A stretch of DNA of 32,000 bases from Candidatus Hermodarchaeota archaeon (GTDB lineage Archaea > Asgardarchaeota > Heimdallarchaeia > Hodarchaeales > Hodarchaeaceae): positions 180,001-212,000 of the forward strand of contig JBHLKY010000007.1 of NCBI GenBank assembly GCA_048886185.1, written 5' to 3'. The notes under the pieces are model-generated. The model saw only the letters and a program-made list of their open reading frames with translations, did no database searches and had not been told where the DNA came from. Numbering within the stretch: position 1 is the first letter of the stretch; each line of letters starts with the position of its first letter. Positions 17,328 through 26,641 of this stretch are shown in pieces. Position numbers and translations under genes: made by a program.

Positions 17328-18140
17328 TTGAACATCATTGAAATTGAAAATTTAACTAAAAAATTTAAAAATACCATAGCACTTGATAATGTCTCTTTGA
17401 CAATACAAAAAGGAGAGGTTTTTGGATTATTAGGGCCAAATGGAGCTGGTAAGACAACACTAATTCGGTTATTAATTGGTCTGATAAAACCAACCTCTGG
17501 TAATGCCCGTATTAAATACAATGGATTAGGGCCCTTTGACATTAGGAAAGACATAATGGATATCAGGAAAAAAGCAAGCTTACTACCTCAGGAGGCTGAA
17601 GTATATGAAAATTTGACTGCAAAAGAGAATATTATGTATTACGGTCAAATTTACGGCAATGTACCTAATGGAGAAGTCCGAAGACGTACTGAAGAATTAA
17701 TTGACATGATTGGTCTTCGGGGTCGAGAGAACGATGTCACAAAGGAATTTTCTGGAGGGATGAAAAGAAAAGTTCTGGTAGCTCGCGCTTTAGTGATGGA
17801 TCCAGTTTTAATTTTTCTAGATGAACCTACTACTGGTATTGATATATTGGGGGCTCGTACGGTACGCAACCTAATTAAAAGACTGGCTAAAGAACTGCAC
17901 AAGACAGTTATCTTAACAACACATGATTTAACGGAAGTAGAAGAGCTCTGTGATCGTGTGGGTATTTTAGTTAAGGGAAGACTTGCTGCAATAGGAACAC
18001 CTGATGAACTTGAGGAACAATTTACAAAAGCTCACTTAGAGGATGTATTTATCGGATTAACAACAGGAGAAGGTGTTTTAGAGGAAGCTTTGGATGAGCC
18101 AAAAAGGGGCTTCTTTTCTAGTATTTTAAGGAGAAAGTGA
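17328..18140 (+). CDS. ABC-2 type exporter ATP-binding subunit
   Basis: Walker A GPNGAGKTT, signature FSGGMKRK, Walker B IFLDEPT, H-loop TTHD; GGAG RBS + TTG start. Confidence 0.95.
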   Translation: MNIIEIENLTKKFKNTIALDNVSLTIQKGEVFGLLGPNGAGKTTLIRLLIGLIKPTSGNARIKYNGLGPFDIRKDIMDIRKKASLLPQEAEVYENLTAKENIMYYGQIYGNVPNGEVRRRTEELIDMIGLRGRENDVTKEFSGGMKRKVLVARALVMDPVLIFLDEPTTGIDILGARTVRNLIKRLAKELHKTVILTTHDLTEVEELCDRVGILVKGRLAAIGTPDELEEQFTKAHLEDVFIGLTTGEGVLEEALDEPKRGFFSSILRRK

Positions 18141-19480
18141 AAAATATGAGTACAGTCAAGCAAATAATGGCTTTAGTTAAACAGGAGTTACAAAGTGCAC
18201 GACGTACACGATATGTGATCTTTACGTTTGTCTTAATGCCACTTTTTATGTGGGGTATGCAGGGTGGAGTACAGATGCTCCTAGGTTTTGTAATGGGCTC
18301 CTCCCAAGAAGGAGTGACTATTTATTTTGTCAATTATGATGAAGGAAATGCAACTTTTGATCTCAATCTTGGAGATCAATTTCTTGATAGACTTCTGAAT
18401 TCTACCCAAACTAATACTTCTATTTTGTACAAGGCTAAAATCAATCATACAAAGTATGCTAATATGGACTATAATGATTTATACCAGAAAATCCACAGTT
18501 CTGAAACAGCTAGTGATTATACTCCATGTATTATAATTCCTAAAAACTTCACACAGGTATATTTGGACTTTAATATTACAGAGGGTGATATTCCTCCTGT
18601 TGTAGAGTTATACTCTCTTCCAGGTGGAATCCTTGGATCTTCTATGCTTGAAGCTGGTGTATATTCAATAGTTTCTCAATTTAATATTGTTGAATATCAT
18701 AAACTTGTAGGTTTTGCCCCTTCGCCTGTTCTTTTCGCAAAAGAAGAGGGGGCTGCTTCTATTTATGGTATTGGATTTGTTGGAATGATATCAATTATGG
18801 TAGCTGTTATTGCGCCAGCTCCATTCGTGTCGACATCTTTTGCTGGAGAAAGAGAAAAGAAGACAATGGAATCACTTCTTGCTTTGCCTATTTCTCGTTT
18901 TAATATACTTTTCTCAAAGCTTCTTGCTGGAATGGCCCTTATTGCAGTTTTTTCATTAATGAATATTCTTGGATTGTTTTTATTTTCAGCAATGATTGAT
19001 GTTGCTTCGGGTTCTATTGGTTCAGAGGAATATTCCTCCATCTTTGCAGTCGAACCATCACCAATTCTGTTGGTTCTAGTCGTTTCTATGATGTTTCTTT
19101 CGGCGTTTGTTGCCATCGGGATAGGTATATCCTTGGCAAGTTTAACTAAGGATGTACGTTCCGCGGAATCTATGTACAACATGTTCATGATGCTTCCTGC
19201 TATAGGGGTCGGTATGATTGCTATGTTTGGGGGAATCCCAGAACGAACTTTTGGTGGTGCTGGGATCTTTCTATACATCATTCCTTGGGCTCACTCAATT
19301 GCTATTTTGTCTAAGGGATTATATCCTCAAACTTATGCATCTAGTGCCTTAACACGTAATTTACCCGGAGGTGGAATTCCTATGGATCTAGTTATCCACT
19401 TTGGATTCTTGGTCATAGTGATTCTAGTCTGCTTATTCATTGCGTCTAAAGTATTTGAGCGTGAGGGGATTCTAACTTAA
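18137..19480 (+). CDS. ABC-2 type exporter permease (NatB-like)
   Basis: N-terminal TM, large extracytoplasmic domain, FAGEREKKTMESLLALPISRFNILFSKLL, further TMs; 4-nt overlap with the ATPase gene. Confidence 0.9.
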   Translation: MKNMSTVKQIMALVKQELQSARRTRYVIFTFVLMPLFMWGMQGGVQMLLGFVMGSSQEGVTIYFVNYDEGNATFDLNLGDQFLDRLLNSTQTNTSILYKAKINHTKYANMDYNDLYQKIHSSETASDYTPCIIIPKNFTQVYLDFNITEGDIPPVVELYSLPGGILGSSMLEAGVYSIVSQFNIVEYHKLVGFAPSPVLFAKEEGAASIYGIGFVGMISIMVAVIAPAPFVSTSFAGEREKKTMESLLALPISRFNILFSKLLAGMALIAVFSLMNILGLFLFSAMIDVASGSIGSEEYSSIFAVEPSPILLVLVVSMMFLSAFVAIGIGISLASLTKDVRSAESMYNMFMMLPAIGVGMIAMFGGIPERTFGGAGIFLYIIPWAHSIAILSKGLYPQTYASSALTRNLPGGGIPMDLVIHFGFLVIVILVCLFIASKVFEREGILT

Positions 19481-19501
19481 TTCTCTTCCCCCTCTTTTTT
19501 T
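19481..19501 (+). terminator. Pyrimidine/oligo-T tract after the permease, between convergent genes
   Basis: ttctcttccccctcttttttt immediately after TAA 19480; archaeal-type terminator by analogy. Confidence 0.4.
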
Positions 19502-19515
19502 ATATAGAAGAAAAC

Positions 19516-20283
19516 TTATTTTTTCTTCAAATAATTGTAAACAGCATCGAAAGCGTCGATCCATGCTGAAATTCCTTTTTGTCTAAGTAAAACGGTTAAA
19601 CCATACTCAGTTATGCCTCCTGGAGTAGCTAGGGTGTCAAGTATTACATCTAGATCTTTGTTTGGTTCATTTAATGCCATGTTCACAGTACCTCGTACTG
19701 TTTCAAGTACTAAGTTTCTGGCTATAGATTGAGGTACACCTTTGAGAGCTACCCAAGAAATTGTTTCATTCAATAAAACAAACATCCAAGCATAAAATGC
19801 TCCAATCACGCTTGCATGAGTAAATTCTGATTCATTTTGGAGTATATGAACTGTACCTAAAAGACTAAATATCTCTCGAGCATATACATTGTCTGGAAAA
19901 AGTAATGTTGGACTCTGATTGATCGCAGCACAAGATATAGGTAATGCTCGAATAACTTTAGCTGGTATTGTTACGGATTCTAACTTCTTAAGTGATAATC
20001 CGATTGCTACAGAGATTACTGTTTGATTAGTTCGAAATTTGAGGTTCTTTGCAACTTTTATGGTATCATCAGGACGAGTAGTTAAAATAACTATATCAGA
20101 ACTATTAACAACTGATTCATTATTCTTTGCTACTTTTACTCCGAATTGGGTCGCTAATTTTGAGGAAATTTCTCGATTCCGAGGTGAGAGAATAATTTTG
20201 ATGTCTTTTGATGCTTTCTTCAGACCTTCTACTAAATAGCTAGCTAGATGTCCTACCCCAATGATCCCAACCTTTTCAATCAT
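19516..20283 (-). CDS. Divergent pyrroline-5-carboxylate reductase-like NAD(P)H oxidoreductase
   Basis: Rossmann GIIGVGHLA, LSPRN, DIVILTTRP, RALP, ATPGGIT; ATGA overlap with the upstream B12 gene. Confidence 0.8.
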   Translation of the reverse strand: MIEKVGIIGVGHLASYLVEGLKKASKDIKIILSPRNREISSKLATQFGVKVAKNNESVVNSSDIVILTTRPDDTIKVAKNLKFRTNQTVISVAIGLSLKKLESVTIPAKVIRALPISCAAINQSPTLLFPDNVYAREIFSLLGTVHILQNESEFTHASVIGAFYAWMFVLLNETISWVALKGVPQSIARNLVLETVRGTVNMALNEPNKDLDVILDTLATPGGITEYGLTVLLRQKGISAWIDAFDAVYNYLKKK

Positions 20284-22049
20284 TTGTTAACTTCCTGAGC
20301 ACATTCAATTAATATTTTTAACATATCCTCTATATGATGACAAACATGTACTCCTAAATCCTTCAATTGCTGTGTAACATCAATTGGAATGCTTGTTTTA
20401 TCATCATCAATAATTTGGTTTAGCTTCCCTCCTATAAAAATTGGGATATCTAATTCAATCAACGCCATCTCCTTGCATAGTGCCTGTGAATAGTCAAGGG
20501 CAATTCCGTTGTATGTACTGACGGCAATGAAGTCTGAATCAGCTTCTTTGGCTCGCTTGGCAAGAATATTGGGATCAACACTGACCCCAACGTCAATTAT
20601 AGGAATTTTTAATCGTTTTAGGACTTCTACAAGAAGAATTTTTCCATATTCATGAACATCAGTACAAGCGACACAGATCTTAAATTGTGCCTCGTTTAAT
20701 ATAGCTTTGTCAGATGGATTTATGAGAGCGAGTAATTTTTTACTCTTCTCCTCCAATTCAGCTATTGTAGAAACTTTTACAACGGGTTTTCGGTAACGCA
20801 ACATGTGTTCATGGGGCTCTCCAGGACCAAACAATTCTTCTAACCGTTTGGCTCCAATTCGACGGATGGACAGAAGTAATTCGAAAGGGTCATTAATATC
20901 AATACCAGCTTTGCTCAATCCATCTAAAACTCGTTTTTTAAATTCTTTACCTGCCTTAACTAGTTGGTTTGTTATCCTATCCACCCTTTTCATATCAAAT
21001 AAGTCTTGAAATCCATCCGATCGGTGTATTAATCGGTTTGCAAAAAGATGTGCGTCGATAATTTCTTTAATTTCAGGGATCCTTTTTGCTTCTGTCACAG
21101 GAATAGGATTAATTCCATGGCCAGTTGGGAGTTTAAGTTGAGCAATGATATCGACTAATAAATAACTTGCAAGATTAGCATAATTTTCAACTTCATTTTC
21201 AACAAAGATGGTTGTATTGCCATATATCATGCTTCCAGGTGTTTTTGTAACCTTATAAAGTGCCCTTTGGAACGCTAGCCGCTTTTTAGGATCTGAAAAT
21301 GTGTGACCATAACAATGAGAAACCTGACCTCCAATAAGGTCCTCAATGATATGCCGTTCAATTAATACTGCCCCAATACTACAAGCCATATCACAAAAGA
21401 GAGCAGCAAATCCATCATCCAGATTTGAATGAATCATAACTTCAACTGGTTGAGCTGCACATAGAGCTAAAGCCTTAATTGTCTCTACTGTTGTACTCAC
21501 GTCATCATCCCACTTTGGCATACGAAAGGTGAAATATTGGCCAATATTCCCAATACTAGTTGATCCTGCTTTCAGAGCAGCAATTGTATTCTCAACTGCT
21601 GCTGGTGTTCCAATAACAAAGTCTCCAAAATGAGGTGCAACTGGTGCAGAGTGAGTTAAATCAATGAAGCTTTCAGGTTTGCTTAGAATTAATCCTGTTC
21701 CTCGAGGCATGTTTTCTCGGAGATTTAATGGGTACCCCATACTCCAATCCAAACAAATTCCATAACGATCTATTCTATAACCAGCAGTAGAAATATGATT
21801 ATAGATTTTCGTGTACGCTAATTTAGTCTTTGTAGGACTACGATATCCTATCTGTCCGTGAAGCATGATTGACCTTTCAGATGTTTGCTGGCGCTTATAA
21901 TCACTCTCTGATTGAACATCATATTTAGTTAAGAAAGGGCAAGAACCAACTGTTACTGACTGACTTAGTTGTTCTGCTTCCCCTAAAATATCATTTATAT
22001 CAGGTAGCTCCTTTTCTGGAAGGATTTGAGTTCGTTCAAGATTTCTCAT
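20280..22049 (-). CDS. Cobalamin-binding enzyme: large N-terminal catalytic domain plus C-terminal B12-binding Rossmann domain; reaction unknown
   Basis: TDVHEYGK (DxHxxG), IDVGVSVDP, FIAVSTYNG, IFIGG; no CxxxCxxC radical-SAM motif. Confidence 0.8.
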   Translation of the reverse strand: MRNLERTQILPEKELPDINDILGEAEQLSQSVTVGSCPFLTKYDVQSESDYKRQQTSERSIMLHGQIGYRSPTKTKLAYTKIYNHISTAGYRIDRYGICLDWSMGYPLNLRENMPRGTGLILSKPESFIDLTHSAPVAPHFGDFVIGTPAAVENTIAALKAGSTSIGNIGQYFTFRMPKWDDDVSTTVETIKALALCAAQPVEVMIHSNLDDGFAALFCDMACSIGAVLIERHIIEDLIGGQVSHCYGHTFSDPKKRLAFQRALYKVTKTPGSMIYGNTTIFVENEVENYANLASYLLVDIIAQLKLPTGHGINPIPVTEAKRIPEIKEIIDAHLFANRLIHRSDGFQDLFDMKRVDRITNQLVKAGKEFKKRVLDGLSKAGIDINDPFELLLSIRRIGAKRLEELFGPGEPHEHMLRYRKPVVKVSTIAELEEKSKKLLALINPSDKAILNEAQFKICVACTDVHEYGKILLVEVLKRLKIPIIDVGVSVDPNILAKRAKEADSDFIAVSTYNGIALDYSQALCKEMALIELDIPIFIGGKLNQIIDDDKTSIPIDVTQQLKDLGVHVCHHIEDMLKILIECAQEVNK

Positions 22050-22311
22050 ATTGTATTACCTTTATCACGATAGTTCGATTTTGAATTTTAGTGTTGTAGT
22101 AGTTTATTATCTTTTTATATTGAGGAATTTGATATATTAGAATAAGAGATAATTCTTATCATTTTTAACTTTCAAAACATTCTCTTGAAATTGACTTTTA
22201 TTCTACAGGTTATGTTTGGTACAGATTGTAATCCTTCTGAGCTGTTCATGAACAACCATATCTCCCTTTATTAAGCTCATTACTAATATCGCAAAGTAGA
22301 GTTTAATTACT

Positions 22312-23757
22312 TTGATCTATGAAAAGAAAATGAAATCACTACTTATTCTCCTGGTGAAAATCTTATTGAGAAAACTCCAATATAAATCCATTATGTTCTT
22401 TGTTACATTTTTTGCTTTTTTATTATTTAATGTCCATTTAGGGAATTTAAAGACATCTTCACAAGCTGTTATTTCAGAGGCTTCCTCTGAACTTTACTTA
22501 ATTCAATGGAACACAATCCTTATCATGAGAGATCTGCAAACTCCTCGTTCTCTTATCCAAACAAATGATGGAAATTATTTAGTTATTGGAAACAGGTACC
22601 CCACTCCGTCTGAATCATGTTGTCCTCTTCCTCAAAGTGATATATTCCTTATGAAAATAGCATCAAATGGGATGATAAAAGAAATCAACATCTATGGAGA
22701 TGATAATATTGCTATTGATTCAGGTAACATCGTCATCGAAACAGAAAATGGATGGGTTATCGCTGGGCATACAAATGCACCTCCAGCAGTTGGAATGGAT
22801 TTTATGCTTTTGAAAATTGATCTTGAAGGTAAACAAATGTGGAAACGTACTTATAACAGAAGTACGGAAGGTGAGATTCGTTCATTTATACGAACTGCGG
22901 ATCAAGGTTTTGCTTTGTTGGGTTTATCCTCACCTAGGACTCCAATCCCTACTGATGAAACCATGTGGCTGCTTAAGACCGATAATGATGGTGTAGTTCA
23001 ATGGAATCGAACTTATGGTCAGAATTTTACTGAGTATACTAGTATGATTCAATCTGAGGATGGTGGATTTGTTTTTACAAGCTATGATGGATATCTAATG
23101 AAAACAGATATGAGTGGAGAGATTCAATGGCAGAAAGAGATTGGGGGAACCTTATTCTCTTTAACCAGTGTTGAAGATGGAGGTTTTGTCCTATTTGGTT
23201 CTAAATTTAATCATCCTTGGCTTATAAAAACAGATTCTTTAGGAATTATGGAATGGAATAAAACTCTCCCATTTAGTATTGAAGGTGAGTATGTATTTAG
23301 TAAAAATAGAACTAAAATATTGAATATTATTTCTTCTTCTGACAGTGGTTTTATATTAACAGGTACCAGTGTTCCTGTTCCTGATGGAGGGATTATAAAT
23401 AATTCAAATGTATGGATAGCAAAAACTGATAGCAATGGAATCATAGAATGGAGTCATGTATTTGAAATAGAGTCTTTTGCTAGTATCCAAGCTGTGATTC
23501 AGAATAATGAAGGCGATATCGTATTGACAGGTGAAAATAAGCGCTATCCTTGGATTATAAAGATTGACCTTCCCCCATTTGCGCCTATTAATCCTTCTGA
23601 AACAGTTAATATTGCACCAACGATCTCTCTAGATATTGATCATCCAACAACCACTAGTACAAATCTGAAATCTGCAACAATCTCATTCCCAGAGATCTAT
23701 CTTATTCTTTTAGTTGTTAGTATCATTGGGTTTTGGAAAAAGAACCACAAGGTTTAA
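22312..23757 (+). CDS. Secreted/surface protein with repeated LxKTDxxGxxxWxxT motifs (beta-propeller-like) and C-terminal membrane anchor
   Basis: N-terminal hydrophobic segment; repeats LLKIDLEGKQMWKRTY, LLKTDNDGVVQWNRTY, LMKTDMSGEIQWQKEI, LIKTDSLGIMEWNKTL, IAKTDSNGIIEWSHVF; Thr-rich linker + TM + KKNHK; exact start uncertain. Confidence 0.75.
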   Translation: MIYEKKMKSLLILLVKILLRKLQYKSIMFFVTFFAFLLFNVHLGNLKTSSQAVISEASSELYLIQWNTILIMRDLQTPRSLIQTNDGNYLVIGNRYPTPSESCCPLPQSDIFLMKIASNGMIKEINIYGDDNIAIDSGNIVIETENGWVIAGHTNAPPAVGMDFMLLKIDLEGKQMWKRTYNRSTEGEIRSFIRTADQGFALLGLSSPRTPIPTDETMWLLKTDNDGVVQWNRTYGQNFTEYTSMIQSEDGGFVFTSYDGYLMKTDMSGEIQWQKEIGGTLFSLTSVEDGGFVLFGSKFNHPWLIKTDSLGIMEWNKTLPFSIEGEYVFSKNRTKILNIISSSDSGFILTGTSVPVPDGGIINNSNVWIAKTDSNGIIEWSHVFEIESFASIQAVIQNNEGDIVLTGENKRYPWIIKIDLPPFAPINPSETVNIAPTISLDIDHPTTTSTNLKSATISFPEIYLILLVVSIIGFWKKNHKV

Positions 23758-23930
23758 TATCTTCTTAGAAATAATTATTTTCATTAATGGCTCAAATTTT
23801 CAGAAGATCTTTCTAAATGATCAATTTGGCAACATAGATTTTCCTAAACGGCTTTATTATTTGTGTTAATTCTAAAGACTTTTATTAATAAAGTAATGAT
23901 AAAAAAATTGTTCAATGGTCGAATCTGAGG

Positions 23931-24098
23931 TTATGCATAATTCTCTATTCTTTTTCTAACTTCCCGTAATTTTTCAAAACTATAACTGGTAATATTATGT
24001 TTTAGGTTGTCGTGTGATTGAATTTTTTTTATTGCTTCGTCCATTGAAGGGGCGATTATATTTCTTCCACACATATTACAGTGGTATATTTTTGCCAT
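23931..24098 (-). CDS. Unannotated 55-aa DUF1059-like Cys2His2 Zn-binding micro-protein
   Basis: MAKIYHCNMCGRNIIAPSMDEAIKKIQSHDNLKHNITSYSFEKLREVRKRIENYA*: CxxC...HxxxxH; below the ORF-track length cutoff. Confidence 0.65.
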   Translation of the reverse strand: MAKIYHCNMCGRNIIAPSMDEAIKKIQSHDNLKHNITSYSFEKLREVRKRIENYA

Positions 24099-24437
24099 TC
24101 TTTAATCTCATCTTCTGGAGAGTGATATCTCCAAATTAATAGGTATTAATTCATGTATAAAAATCTTTCCATTAATGAAATTGGGTGAATAACAGATTCC
24201 CATTATTATAAGAAATTTTTATACTGTAAATTAAATTATATATTAAATTATAGCTTTTAGATAAAAAATAGGGAAATTTATCAGTTTATAACAGTTATTT
24301 CATTTTTGGATTGAATTTCCTATTTCCTCATTTATTTTCAACCTCCTTAATATGTCTTTAATCAACCCCTTATGTTTGTAAAGAGAATTAATAGAATTAA
24401 AGTTAGTTGATATCATTTAATCCAACAAAAAATCATC

Positions 24438-25787
24438 CTATACCAAATTTTGTTTAGTAATTTTTTCGATTAAATCGATGAAGAATTGGCTTTCAATTCC
24501 TAGGTCTCCTAGTTCTTGGATGAGTAATCTATATGTTGGATGATTTGGCTTGAAAAGACCATTCAATCTTTGAAAAAGCTTCTTCGAGATAAATAACGAC
24601 AAATCAGAGTCTATTAAAGCATTATGCAGGTTTTTAATTGCTAGAGTAACCCCATTAATTAGTTGAACCTGATTTGTTCTTTTCATAATGTATGTGACCT
24701 TTTTACTTCTTGTAATAGCCCATCCTGGATATTTAGGGTTTCTAAAGGGAGATTTTTGTCGTTCGGAGTCCTCTAAATTTGACTTGGACAATTTATAAAA
24801 GCTTGGTTGAAACAAACCAAAGTCAATTTCCTTTAATGTCTTTTTGTGTGCATAAGATACAATTAGATAATTTCCACAATGACGATCCCAAGAGCCACAA
24901 ACGGAGTCAAACACCAACATTCTACCAAGATTTTCGGCATCATCTCTGATCAATTCTTCAATGTCATTTCTTGTTACTGCGCAAAAACTTATACATGCAG
25001 GAGTAAGTGGTTCAATCAGAAGATCCGAATTTTTAGCAAAGGATTGAAAAATAGATGAGCGATTGTTAAAAAGTAACAAAGCATGTCGAGGAACATTTAA
25101 TCCAATTATTTTTCCGATCTGTATTATTTGCAACTCTAGATTAGGATTATCTATATATTCTTTCTTTGGTAATGCTTTTACAAATAATCCTTGGTTCTTA
25201 AGAGATGAAAATAAGAAATAAGTCGGATGAAAACTATCCTTATTTTCTCTGAAAAACAGTAAACGAGAATGCTTCCTCGAAGGGATTAAGGATGAGACTT
25301 TTTGAAAGAAAAAGATGATACTTTGATAATAACTTAGTGATTTTTGACGCATACTTAAAACAAGGTAAGAGCCAATATATCCATGAATTAAATTATATTT
25401 TTTAAAAATAGTCATGTCGTGTGCAGAAATATGATTCATATCAAGAAATAATGCAAAAAAGGAAGAATAACTGCTCCATTGAATAGCAAAATGTAGATTT
25501 TCCTTGGTTTTCTTCCCTGAAACTTCATTGAGAGTCAAAAATAATTTTTTTCGAAAATATCTTTTATTGGTTAAAGGATTACTGTTTTCAATTCTCATGC
25601 TTGTTGATATCTTTTGGGGGATGGAGATATTTTTCAACTTCATAAAAATGCCTTTAGCTTTGATGTTTGATAGAAAACCCTGAGTATTTTTTTCAAACTC
25701 TGTTTCCCTCATTAAATTTTTCATTTGATTTTTTTCTATAGAACGATCCATAGGGCACAATGGTTTTTGTTTCACCCCAATATCCAA
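24438..25787 (-). CDS. Atypical kinase of the PI3K/PI4K-HipA-like superfamily
   Basis: LFVK (beta3 Lys), NLE..GKIIGLNVP (alphaC Glu), FDSVCGSWDRHCGNYLI (catalytic loop), EIDFG; N-terminal ~190 aa unassigned and start uncertain. Confidence 0.7.
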   Translation of the reverse strand: MDIGVKQKPLCPMDRSIEKNQMKNLMRETEFEKNTQGFLSNIKAKGIFMKLKNISIPQKISTSMRIENSNPLTNKRYFRKKLFLTLNEVSGKKTKENLHFAIQWSSYSSFFALFLDMNHISAHDMTIFKKYNLIHGYIGSYLVLSMRQKSLSYYQSIIFFFQKVSSLIPSRKHSRLLFFRENKDSFHPTYFLFSSLKNQGLFVKALPKKEYIDNPNLELQIIQIGKIIGLNVPRHALLLFNNRSSIFQSFAKNSDLLIEPLTPACISFCAVTRNDIEELIRDDAENLGRMLVFDSVCGSWDRHCGNYLIVSYAHKKTLKEIDFGLFQPSFYKLSKSNLEDSERQKSPFRNPKYPGWAITRSKKVTYIMKRTNQVQLINGVTLAIKNLHNALIDSDLSLFISKKLFQRLNGLFKPNHPTYRLLIQELGDLGIESQFFIDLIEKITKQNLV

Positions 25788-26641
25788 TAAGCCTTTTATA
25801 TTTATTTATTTGCTTTACAAGCACTTTTGACTGTCCTACCTTAAGAATTACAGGCTAATTATTATTAGATTAATTTATCCATTATTTTGTGGGAAACTGC
25901 CTTTTATTTTGTTCTTATTCCGATGAAAATTTATTTATTCTTGAAAATTTCTAATTAAAACAGTCATCCTTGATAATGTACATGGAATACTAATCAGTAA
26001 TACAAGTAATCCGGTTTACCGCTTATCCCTATTAAGAATATACTACTATTATTGAACATAAATATTTCTTACTTAAAATCATGTCTAAATCCCACTCTAA
26101 ATTGATCATATAAATAATAGGAAGAATAATTCGATGAAATCATTATTAAAACACTGATAAAAATAATGATCCAGCTCAAAAGAGAATAGGAACGGCTGTA
26201 TTTAGAATTTATAATGATGAACCTTTTTTTAATCCTGGAACAATTCCTATTTACATTTTATTTATCATGATTATAATTATATTTTCTTTTATTAGGATTG
26301 TTTTATTCATAGAATTCAGATAAATTTATAGGTTAATATCCTGAAAGAATTTAACTATAGGTTGGATTAAATGTTGATTAGATCAAGAAAAGCATTTGCT
26401 GGGGTATATATTGTTATCTCAGACTTATGATTTCATTGCCTTTACTTTCTATTTTCACTTTTTGATTTAAAAAGCCTGAATGACAATAATCTTTCATAAG
26501 TCTTCTTCTTTTCTATAATAGGCTGCGGTTGTTCTAAATATAAGTTCATAAGATGAGTAGAATCCTTTAATCTCTACCAACCTCCCTTTCTATCAGAGTG
26601 AATACACGAGAGAACCCAACCATTGAAATTGCCATTAATTT

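Noticed and set aside
20280-22049. B12-dependent radical SAM enzyme or methionine synthase
   Set aside because: No CxxxCxxC motif, the B12 domain is C-terminal, and no recognisable homocysteine-, folate-binding or cap domains
24320-24348. Strong AAGGAGGT RBS on the minus strand followed by ATG
   Set aside because: The ORF is only MRK*; at most the scar of a dead gene
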